From positions 15,398,118 through 15,414,531 of the forward strand of contig CM119270.1 of assembly GCA_051294375.1 (NCBI GenBank): a stretch of DNA of 16,414 nt, read 5' to 3'. This DNA comes from Paraspadella gotoi. Taxonomy: Eukaryota; Animalia; Chaetognatha. A program made the position numbers and the translations under genes. This document shows, one piece after another, positions 1-9,036 of this stretch (position 1 is the first letter of the stretch; every line of letters begins with the position of its first letter). The notes under the pieces were generated by a model. That model did no database searches. It saw nothing but the letters and a program-made list of their open reading frames with translations, and was not told the origin of the DNA.

Positions 1-43
1 GACGATGACAACGACGACGAAGAGCTCGGTTTTCCTGCCAACC

Positions 44-91
44 ATCACGTGACCACGGCCCGGTCACGTGACAATGAGCAAGTCACGTGAC
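44..91. promoter_or_regulatory. Cluster of three palindromic E-boxes (CLEAR/USF/MiT-type GTCACGTGAC)
   Basis: ATCACGTGAC 44-53, GTCACGTGAC 63-72, GTCACGTGAC 82-91; starts exactly 19 nt apart. Function is inferred from bHLH-ZIP motif knowledge. Confidence 0.55.
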
Positions 92-207
92 CGGTTGGCG
101 AGTCGTCGGGGGGACAAAGGCCTTCACGCAAGACTTGGTAACGAATCTCATATCCATAATAATCATAGATACCGGCAGCCGGGGTTTGCGGAAACGTTAG
201 AGAGGAT

Positions 208-251
208 GAGAGAGAGAGACGAGAGAGACGAGAGAGAGAGAACAGAGAAGA

Positions 252-293
<42 letters not shown>

Positions 294-313
294 GAGAAGA
301 GAGAGAGAGAGAG
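208..313 (+). repeat. Imperfect (GA)n microsatellite
   Basis: GA runs interrupted by GAC/GAA; perfect (GA)16 at 258-289. Confidence 0.95.
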
Positions 314-914
314 AAGCAGATGCATTGTAGAGAGGTCGGGGATGAACGTGTTTTCTTAAAACTATAAACGCGAAGGGCAGAATTTCAGAAAACTGTGTCA
401 ACACCTTGTGACGCCTTAAGTAAAAAAAAAACATTTCTTCGTCGTGCGAAATTTTATAATTTTCTCGTAGACTCGACGCTCTTTACTTTTTTCTTTGGGC
501 AATCGCGACTGTTTCTTGTCCAACTTCGGCGCTGCCTATTTACTATGGCTAACGTCTTTCCACTCTCGAGGTCGAGCCCTCATTATCCTCCGCAGTGCAC
601 CCCCTTGTCTCTTTTTCACTCGTGCCCTTTCATACCCTCCCTCCCCTTTTATTTCACGATCTCCTCCTCCCCTTTTTTAATACCCCCCGTCGACAAAGTT
701 TTTTTTTCAATTTGAATTCCAAATGCGCCCATGAACGTCGAGAGTCGGAGATATCGTCGACTCCTTGATTGAAACAATCATTAATTATTTTTTTTTCTCC
801 CTTTAAAATCTCGTTCGATGACAGATTTGGTCTTTGAATTTCGAATTTCATGAAAAACGAATTAGCGAAGTTTATTTTTTTAAATTTTTTTAGTACCTGA
901 ACGCTTACCGTTGA

Positions 915-924
915 NNNNNNNNNN
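915..924. other. Assembly gap (10 N)
   Basis: N run. Confidence 1.
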
Positions 925-1404
925 ATATTTTTAAGGTTTATAAGCCAAAGGGGGGAGTGCTGTGATTTTCGTTCTTCAGTTCCATATGAGATGTGCTTAT
1001 TGAATAAAATTATAAGGGAGTGGTCTTTTCATACAATTGAAACATTCTTTGAAACATTAAACCACTTCATTGATAGGGAAGCCAGGAACTCTGGGAGTGA
1101 ATAAACGAGACTGTGAGAGAGTCTTGATTGAAAGCTTGCAGGAACCTGCAACGTCATTATCTTGTAAGATTGATAGAGGCCTTAGACCACCATAGCCGGT
1201 CCAAAGTCAGGGACAAGATAGCTTATTTATTAAATGAATGGATATTTTTATATTCGTTGTACCAATTTCATAATCATAAGTAAATTTGCCTTTCCGAAAT
1301 AGAAAAACATCAAAGCGGTCAACCTACTTTTTTCTTGTGTTTCCCTAAAAAATCGATTTGAAAGTCAGAGCGACAAATTCCTGCCGAGTTGAAATCGTGC
1401 GGAA

Positions 1405-1526
1405 CAGGAAACAAAAAAATTGCCTCCGGACAAGAAACGAATTCTTGATAATCAGGAAACAAAATAAAGAGAAACAGGGAATTAAATCTCGCCAGTCAGG
1501 AAAGAAGAACGGGCGAGACAAGAAAC
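1405..1526 (+). repeat. Phased array of a short CARGAAA(C)-like motif
   Basis: Motif starts at 1405, 1431, 1453, 1475, 1497, 1519 (spacing 26, 22, 22, 22, 22). Confidence 0.5.
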
Positions 1527-1876
1527 AAACAAAGACCAACAAAATTATCTGTAATAACTTACACGTCAGCCGTATCTAAAATAAGGATATTCGTTAAGAT
1601 ATAAACAAATTTTTTTTGAAATCGCGGTGACTTTGCAAAATACAAGTATCAAGTGGGTATAGATAAAGAGAGAAGAAATCCTCTCAGTTTAGAGAATATC
1701 AGAAGAGAAGAAGATTTCAGGAGAAATTGAGAGAAATAAGATACGAGTATTTCACCTGAAAGCAAAATCTGTTAATTTGTCAGCGTTGGTAAAATTTTTA
1801 TTCTAACTTCGTTTGAAGGCACGAACAAAAAAAAAACGATGCGAGAGGCGAATGACCGGGAACAAATTTAAATTAG

Positions 1877-1903
1877 TTTTTTTTTTTTTTTTTTTTTTTT
1901 TTT
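1877..1903 (+). repeat. Poly(T)27 homopolymer
   Basis: 27 consecutive T. Confidence 0.95.
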
Positions 1904-2197
1904 GAATCGGAGTTTAACAGCGTAGACCGGAAATAACAAATTGAGTTTGTTTTACTTTCTTTTATAATGACTTTTTGTATTTTTTGTACGAATTCGAGGG
2001 TCACGCTATGACTATTAGAATTTTATCATTATCTTCATTTGTTTAGGCAATTTTTTATTCCTCCAGCATTCTTCGTAGTTTCAATTACTATTTTAAAGTT
2101 GCTTATCCAATGGGAAGACCAACTTCCTATGAGATCTAATAATAAGTCGTCTTGGTTTTCTCCCCAGTGGAAAAAAAAAAGAAAATAAATAGTCCGT

Positions 2198-2230
2198 GTC
2201 GTCGTCGTCGTCGTGGTCGTCGTCGTCGTC
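2198..2230 (+). repeat. (GTC)n trinucleotide microsatellite
   Basis: About 11 GTC units with one GTG interruption; (GAC)n counterparts at 1-19, 2360-2375 and 7323-7358. Confidence 0.9.
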
Positions 2231-2466
2231 TTCCTCAGTTTGATAGAGATGTCATGAATTAATTTTAGATAACAATACGTATTTGGTAATAATTCGGTGA
2301 AGTATCCTGTCCAAAGATTGGGGCAAGAATGGATAATTTTATATCGCAGAGATTAAAAAGACGAAGACGACGACGAAGGGACGAGTACGACATTACCTGA
2401 CCTTACCAACCACAACCACTGGTGAATCTTACCAATCTCACATATTTCGCAACATGATTGTTTTAA

Positions 2467-2680
2467 NNNNNNNNNNNNNNNNNNNNNNNNNNNNNNNNNN
2501 NNNNNNNNNNNNNNNNNNNNNNNNNNNNNNNNNNNNNNNNNNNNNNNNNNNNNNNNNNNNNNNNNNNNNNNNNNNNNNNNNNNNNNNNNNNNNNNNNNNN
2601 NNNNNNNNNNNNNNNNNNNNNNNNNNNNNNNNNNNNNNNNNNNNNNNNNNNNNNNNNNNNNNNNNNNNNNNNNNNNNNNN
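2467..2680. other. Assembly gap (214 N)
   Basis: N run. Confidence 1.
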
Positions 2681-2929
2681 GAATTGGATTTCCATCTCGT
2701 TATTATTTCCCGAAGAGAAGGAGACGGAGGAAGGGATGGAAAGGTGGATAGACAGACTGACAGATGGATGGAAATTATTATAGACATACGCAATTAGACT
2801 GAGATTTCAATATAATATATTTTTTTCTGCTAGTATTTTTCTTAGCACTGACTGAAAATCTCGAGACAAAAAGCTTAATCTGATGACATATGTCGTCATT
2901 TATCAACGTTATGTTTTGGATTATCATTC

Positions 2930-3891
2930 NNNNNNNNNNNNNNNNNNNNNNNNNNNNNNNNNNNNNNNNNNNNNNNNNNNNNNNNNNNNNNNNNNNNNNN
3001 NNNNNNNNNNNNNNNNNNNNNNNNNNNNNNNNNNNNNNNNNNNNNNNNNNNNNNNNNNNNNNNNNNNNNNNNNNNNNNNNNNNNNNNNNNNNNNNNNNNN
3101 NNNNNNNNNNNNNNNNNNNNNNNNNNNNNNNNNNNNNNNNNNNNNNNNNNNNNNNNNNNNNNNNNNNNNNNNNNNNNNNNNNNNNNNNNNNNNNNNNNNN
3201 NNNNNNNNNNNNNNNNNNNNNNNNNNNNNNNNNNNNNNNNNNNNNNNNNNNNNNNNNNNNNNNNNNNNNNNNNNNNNNNNNNNNNNNNNNNNNNNNNNNN
3301 NNNNNNNNNNNNNNNNNNNNNNNNNNNNNNNNNNNNNNNNNNNNNNNNNNNNNNNNNNNNNNNNNNNNNNNNNNNNNNNNNNNNNNNNNNNNNNNNNNNN
3401 NNNNNNNNNNNNNNNNNNNNNNNNNNNNNNNNNNNNNNNNNNNNNNNNNNNNNNNNNNNNNNNNNNNNNNNNNNNNNNNNNNNNNNNNNNNNNNNNNNNN
3501 NNNNNNNNNNNNNNNNNNNNNNNNNNNNNNNNNNNNNNNNNNNNNNNNNNNNNNNNNNNNNNNNNNNNNNNNNNNNNNNNNNNNNNNNNNNNNNNNNNNN
3601 NNNNNNNNNNNNNNNNNNNNNNNNNNNNNNNNNNNNNNNNNNNNNNNNNNNNNNNNNNNNNNNNNNNNNNNNNNNNNNNNNNNNNNNNNNNNNNNNNNNN
3701 NNNNNNNNNNNNNNNNNNNNNNNNNNNNNNNNNNNNNNNNNNNNNNNNNNNNNNNNNNNNNNNNNNNNNNNNNNNNNNNNNNNNNNNNNNNNNNNNNNNN
3801 NNNNNNNNNNNNNNNNNNNNNNNNNNNNNNNNNNNNNNNNNNNNNNNNNNNNNNNNNNNNNNNNNNNNNNNNNNNNNNNNNNNNNNNNNNN
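2930..3891. other. Assembly gap (962 N)
   Basis: N run. Confidence 1.
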
Positions 3892-3893
3892 CG

Positions 3894-4041
3894 AAACAAA
3901 AGGCCCTTCGCGCGCGATGGGGTTGACCAATCGACCAACGGCCATCGATTCGTGATTGACAGCCTTTGATTGGCCGTAATGTGGCGACCGCTCAAGGGCC
4001 ACGGAAAGGGCGGTCGCGTCTAAACAAAAGGCCGGTCTAGT
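3894..4041. promoter_or_regulatory. CpG-rich promoter/enhancer-like module (CCAAT, TGATTGACAG, reverse CCAAT)
   Basis: GACCAATC 3925-3932, TGATTGACAG 3953-3962, TGATTGGC 3967-3974, AAACAAAAGGCC direct repeats at 3894 and 4022. Confidence 0.45.
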
Positions 4042-4639
4042 CGCGTCTCATCGACAGGGAGATATCGGCGCTGACGTTTATTTTTTAATTCGACAAAAAA
4101 AAAAGAAGAACATCGTTTATGAAGCGGAAATTCCTTGTTTGTTGTTTTTTATGAGTTTTGCGGCGCCGGGTTTGAAATTTGAGATTTTTTTCGAAGTCGG
4201 ATGGAAAGGCGCTGTTGAAATATAAAAAAACAACTTCGGTTGGCATTTTAATGTAATTTGGTAATTTTGTATTTAGTTGGTTAAATAGTAAGTAAGGATA
4301 AGCCTTCTTTCAAACCATACAATAGTAATACAATTTTACAAACCAAATTCCAACCACCGCATTCAAATTGTGCAATCTATCTTTATCTCGGCTTCTCGAA
4401 ACTTTCTCTCTTACGCTTCTTATCTTTGATCAAAAGTTAACATAATCCGATTTCATTAATTTATGGATGAGATTTGGATCCTCGAGAGATAGAGACGCCC
4501 CCACCGTTGCTCCCCCGTCGCGTTGCCCCTCGGCTCTTTCGGGTCTTGTCCTGTTTCACTTTCAATCTTTATTTAAATATCTCCTCATTTGGTTTTCTTA
4601 ACCTTTCCATATTTCTCGGAAATCATCGTCGTCGTCTCC

Positions 4640-4830
4640 ATCATCCCTCTTCGTTCTTATCTCCTTCTTTACCTCGCCTCTCTTTCTCCTTCTTCTCTTC
4701 TTTCACTTCTTCTTATCTTCCTTCATCCCTCTCTCCTCTCTCTTCTCTCTCTCCTCCATCTCTACGTCCTCTCTCTCTCATCTGTGTCTGTCGTGCTCTC
4801 TCTCGTCTCTCTCTCTCTCTCTCTCTCTCT

Positions 4831-4865
<35 letters not shown>

Positions 4866-4940
4866 CTCTCTCTCATCTCCTTCATATTTAATCTCTTCTC
4901 CGTCCCTACTCCCTCCATTCCTCCCCCCTTTCCCTTCTTT
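4640..4940 (+). repeat. Polypyrimidine low-complexity tract with (CT)n microsatellite
   Basis: Almost pure C/T; (CT)n runs at about 4806-4873. Confidence 0.95.
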
Positions 4941-5733
4941 AAATCTTCAAGCTTATCTCTTACCGTTTCCAACTTTCTATTATTCGCTTCCTTCTCAAAG
5001 TTGTCCCTATCATCGCCTCTTTTCTGTCAAACTTTTCCCCCTTCTCCCCTTCCCGCATTGCGGCCACCTCTACCCCCACATTCGCCGCCCACGGCCGCCC
5101 CGCCGTCAATGGAACGTCGAGTGTTCCGGGTCATGGGTCATATTCTCGGGATCGAAATCTCAGGATTACGTTTAAACTAAATTCATCCCAGTTTTCAGAT
5201 TTGAGCGCCGTTTCCATAATTTCTTGGGGATTTGAGATCAAGACAAGAGATTAAGAAAGCCCATATCGAGACTTCGAGACTGCATGTCATCGACGTCGCT
5301 GTCAGTTGTCATCGTCCGTCCATTTGGTACTCAAACTTAGTTTTATAATATATAGTCTAGGATAACTCTGAAATTTAAATATTTTCTTAAGTTATAGATT
5401 TATCTTAATCGCAAGAGATTGTTGCTTTTCGCATTGCCGATCTATGAGTCGTTCGCTAGAAATTTAAATAAGGAATTGCGTTTCTTTACCACAAACCGTT
5501 AAGCAATAGCAGTCGACTTGTCTCAAACAGGAATTTAGAACTTATCATATTCACAAATTTGATAAGCAAGAGAATACTCATGGTCTAGCGCAACCATAAA
5601 GATAATTAGACAGTCGAAGTCAGCCAATGAACGAGCACTTTTGTGTTTATGACTCAGTAAATTCGAGCATAAAGAATACACGATTTTCACGAAATATTTG
5701 CAGTCGACAAAAAAAAATATCTCATCTCTTTTT

Positions 5734-5876
5734 NNNNNNNNNNNNNNNNNNNNNNNNNNNNNNNNNNNNNNNNNNNNNNNNNNNNNNNNNNNNNNNNNNN
5801 NNNNNNNNNNNNNNNNNNNNNNNNNNNNNNNNNNNNNNNNNNNNNNNNNNNNNNNNNNNNNNNNNNNNNNNNNNNN
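5734..5876. other. Assembly gap (143 N)
   Basis: N run. Confidence 1.
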
Positions 5877-6020
5877 CAAATCGTGAACGAACTTTTTTTT
5901 TCAAACGTCACGGCGTCATTCTCAATTGAGACCTAAAAGAATAGGACAAACCCATTCACTCCGAAATCATCCAACTCACGCTCACAATTTACACTAAACT
6001 CACACGCCTACCGATGCACC

Positions 6021-6208
6021 CTATCCCATCCGATCCCATCTCAGCCCAACCCATCCCATCCCCTATCATGCTATCCCATCCCTTGCCTATCCCCTTCCTA
6101 TAACATCTCCTATCATGCTATCCCATCAGATCCCCTCTCAGCCCGACCCATCCCATCTCCTATTATGCTATCCCATCTCATGCCTATCCCCTTCCCATCT
6201 CATTCCCC
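6021..6208 (+). repeat. Minisatellite: about 2 copies of a 97-nt unit built from CCATC/CTATC pentamers
   Basis: Unit 1 starts 6021 (CTATCCCATCCGATCCCATCTCAGCCCAACCC), unit 2 starts 6118 (CTATCCCATCAGATCCCCTCTCAGCCCGACCC). Confidence 0.85.
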
Positions 6209-6481
6209 CGCTATAAAAGCTAAACCCTTTCCTTTATCCTGTCATCTTCCATCTCTGCCCCAATCTCAAAGAGCCCGTCCGACCTTCCTCCGACTTGTTT
6301 GACCCAATCCCGACCTCATTGACCTCGACCGTTGACCTTAACCCCTTTTGGCGACTCTCCCTTTTCCCCTCCCCTTAACCACTCTGTCGACCTATTCTGT
6401 CCATCTCTCCGCCTTCTTTGTCCCCGAGATCTTTTAGTGCCGTTTTGGACAACTGGACCTTTGAAAACTCTTCCCCTCCAA

Positions 6482-6616
6482 NNNNNNNNNNNNNNNNNNN
6501 NNNNNNNNNNNNNNNNNNNNNNNNNNNNNNNNNNNNNNNNNNNNNNNNNNNNNNNNNNNNNNNNNNNNNNNNNNNNNNNNNNNNNNNNNNNNNNNNNNNN
6601 NNNNNNNNNNNNNNNN
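6482..6616. other. Assembly gap (135 N)
   Basis: N run. Confidence 1.
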
Positions 6617-6646
6617 CGCCAAAAATTCCTCCCACGACCGAAAATA

Positions 6647-6702
6647 CTCATCGGCACGCCCACTTTCTCATCGCCACGCCCACTTTCTCTGCTGACCAAT
6701 CA
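6647..6702 (+). repeat. 20-nt tandem duplication carrying CACGCCC, followed by a CCAAT box
   Basis: CTCATCGGCACGCCCACTTT (6647-6666) and CTCATCGCCACGCCCACTTT (6667-6686); GACCAATCA 6694-6702. Confidence 0.8.
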
Positions 6703-6873
6703 ATTTGCTCCTTCTAGTCTTCAATATTGCTCCTACGATATCTTTCACCCTCTTCCCACGTCTTTCATCTTTCATCTCGACTCCCCTGCTCCCTTAACAT
6801 CTTCGAACCCCACCAACTCCACCTCTTTTACCCCCACCTCTCACCCCAACCCCTTAACTCCTCCCCTTCACAG

Positions 6874-7194
6874 CGCGGGAGTGAGAAAAGGTCACCTCGT
6901 CTTCGGAACGCGTCTCTCGGTCTCCGGATCCGGCGTCACTCGTTCGACGTCTCGTCACCCCGATGTCACGAGATGTCACGAGATGTCAGGAGATGTCGCG
7001 GGATGTTCCGATATTTCAAGACAGCTCTTAAGAAAGCGAGAGATATGTTGTTTTGTCCTAAGATGCCTTAAGTTGGCGAGTACTGTTTCTCGTTGTTTTT
7101 ATGAGCAAGCATTAGGCACCTCAGTTTTGTTAGACTTTCCTTGGGGAGTTCGACGGATATCATGTACGCGTGATCCCGTGACACGTCTTAAAAG
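6874..7194 (+). other. Candidate internal exon (321 nt; UTR or coding, product unknown)
   Basis: Branch-like CTTAAC 6853-6858, pyrimidine tract, CAG acceptor ending 6873, donor AAG|GTGAGT at 7194/7195; complex sequence between low-complexity flanks; one frame open throughout. Confidence 0.5.
6962..7021 (+). repeat. 10-nt tandem repeat (GATGTCACGA) x6, degenerating 3'
   Basis: GATGTCACGA GATGTCACGA GATGTCAGGA GATGTCGCGG GATGTTCCGA TATTTCAAGA. Confidence 0.85.
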
Positions 7195-7489
7195 GTGAGT
7201 CCGTTTCAATGCGGCACTGACCCGATGTCTCTCGAGATTTTGTGAAGACGACATCTATCGGTCGAAAAAAAAGGAAAAGACTTTTGTCTTTTGTTTCTAA
7301 AGAGTAGGAGACAAAGGCTGTCGACGACGATGACAGCGACGACGACGATGACGACGATAGCGCGTGGCATCGTCATCGTCTCACGGGTGAAATTGAAACG
7401 AAGAGAACAAACTCGGGAGATGTTGACTGAAGGTCGGCAGGGCAGAGGAAAAAGGAGGGGAGGAAGGAAGGAAAGAGACAAGATGAAGG

Positions 7490-7493
<4 letters not shown>

Positions 7494-7555
<62 letters not shown>
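7494..7555 (+). repeat. (GA)31 microsatellite
   Basis: Perfect dinucleotide run within a purine-rich tract. Confidence 0.97.
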
Positions 7556-7558
<3 letters not shown>

Positions 7559-7861
7559 AAGGTGGAAAGAAAAGAGGAAAAATAAAAAGAGAAAGAAAAA
7601 AAAGATTCAAAGGGACAATCAAAATAGGAAGGTAAACGTTTTACATTTTACAAGTTGATGTCTTTTAAAAGAAAACTAGAGGAAGCGAGAAATGGAATAA
7701 AGTAGAGGAAAGGAAAGAAAAAACATAAAAAGGAAAAAAAGAAAAGAAACGGAAGAGGAAACGAATCTATTAAGCGGCGGAAGTGAAGAGACGAAAGAGA
7801 GGAAGGAATTTCGACGGAGTTAAAAGGTCTGACGGGAGAAGATGAGATAGAGGAAAGGAAA

Positions 7862-7889
7862 GGAGGAGGAGGAGGAGGAGGAGGAGGAA
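7862..7889 (+). repeat. (GGA)9 microsatellite
   Basis: Perfect trinucleotide run. Confidence 0.95.
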
Positions 7890-8011
7890 GTAAGGGTGAG
7901 TGGGAGAATAGATAGTTAAATAAGAAACGAGAAAAAAAGGGGAGATGGATGAAGAGTAATTGAATGGAAGAAGGAAAGAAAAAAAGCTGGAAAAGTTGAC
8001 ACACCCCGTCG

Positions 8012-8035
8012 AAATGACAAAATGACAAAATGACA
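8012..8035 (+). repeat. (AAATGACA)3 tandem repeat
   Basis: Three exact 8-mers. Confidence 0.85.
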
Positions 8036-8880
8036 ACCTGTCTGGAAAGAAATATCGAGGGCGAAGAGTTGGGGGGGCGGGAGAAGACGACGAAAGATTT
8101 GATAAACGCGGAGCAAATAAAATTCGACGGGATTCATTTGGAGAGAGATTCAAATGGGGAGGGGGGGAGGGGGAGAGAGAGACTGACAATCAGACTGAGA
8201 GAAAAGGTGAAAGAGAGAAGGGATGTCAATTTGTGCTTGAGGAAGGAGAAAGGATGACAGACAAACAAAAAGACAGGCAGGCAGATAAATTGATAAATAT
8301 GTACTAAAAGCAGACATTCACACTTAAAAACTCACAAACGCGAAGAAAACAGAACAGAAAATAGGGAAAAAGAAGAAGATGAGGTTCAGTATCTTCACAA
8401 AGAAAACAAAGAGCTAGCGTAAAAAGTTAAAAATAGAAATTGAAACATGAAGCTGGTAATGAACAACCGAAGAACGAAGAAGTAAAAAAGATCTCGAAAT
8501 AAGAAATGCTTCGCTGAGGGCATCAAAACTTGGAGAGGAGAGAGAGAGGAATGAAGAGATGAGAGATGAAGAAAAGTCAGTCAAGATGTAGAAGGTGCAA
8601 AGTAGAATAAGGAGAGAGAGAGAGAGATGAAATCGAGCTCGAGAAAGCGTTAAAAAAAGAAAAAAAAAATTGAGAGAAAAAAAAGAAAACCGAGCTCGAG
8701 AAAAAGTTAAACGACGAAAAATAAAAGTTGAGAAAGAGAGAGAGAAAGAAACGAGGAAAAAAATAAGTTGGTCTCTTGACTGTGAAAACACGAGGTCCCT
8801 CGCTGCCGGACCAACCGTTGCCTTCTCGTGGCCCGGCTCTTTTTAACCTTAGTGGCTTCTCGATGGATTCCCCCCTCCCA

Positions 8881-8890
8881 NNNNNNNNNN
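8881..8890. other. Assembly gap (10 N)
   Basis: N run. Confidence 1.
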
Positions 8891-8989
8891 TTTTCCTTGG
8901 AAGAGATTAAGCGAAGGATGAGATGAGATAAAAATGGAAGAGAAAGGAAATGATTAGAAAGAGAAAAAAAGGGGAAGACAGAAAACAAA

Positions 8990-9036
8990 GATCTAACTAT
9001 ATATTTATTTATCTATCTAACTATCTATCTATCTAT
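8990..9036 (+). repeat. Imperfect (TATC)n/(TATT)n microsatellite
   Basis: atctatctaactatctatctatctat. Confidence 0.8.

Noticed and set aside
45-434. RE-rich and SL-rich ORFs (also 4474-5175, 7206-8791, 11565-12517, 15595-15985)
   Set aside because: These are translations of GA/CT microsatellites and purine tracts that lack stop codons; no domain signal
1405-1526. CRISPR-like repeat-spacer reading of the phased motif
   Set aside because: An 8-nt degenerate repeat with 14-nt spacers is far too short; eukaryotic context and no cas genes
1877-1950. Poly(T)27 as a retroposon tail
   Set aside because: No polyadenylation signal, convincing target-site duplication or SINE/LINE body
2353-4002. Long ORFs of up to 405 aa (also 5535-5929 and 6316-6717)
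   Set aside because: Their length comes from N gaps
5199-5326. Exon after the TTTTCAG acceptor at 5198
   Set aside because: Stops in all three frames and only a weak donor (GTACTC)
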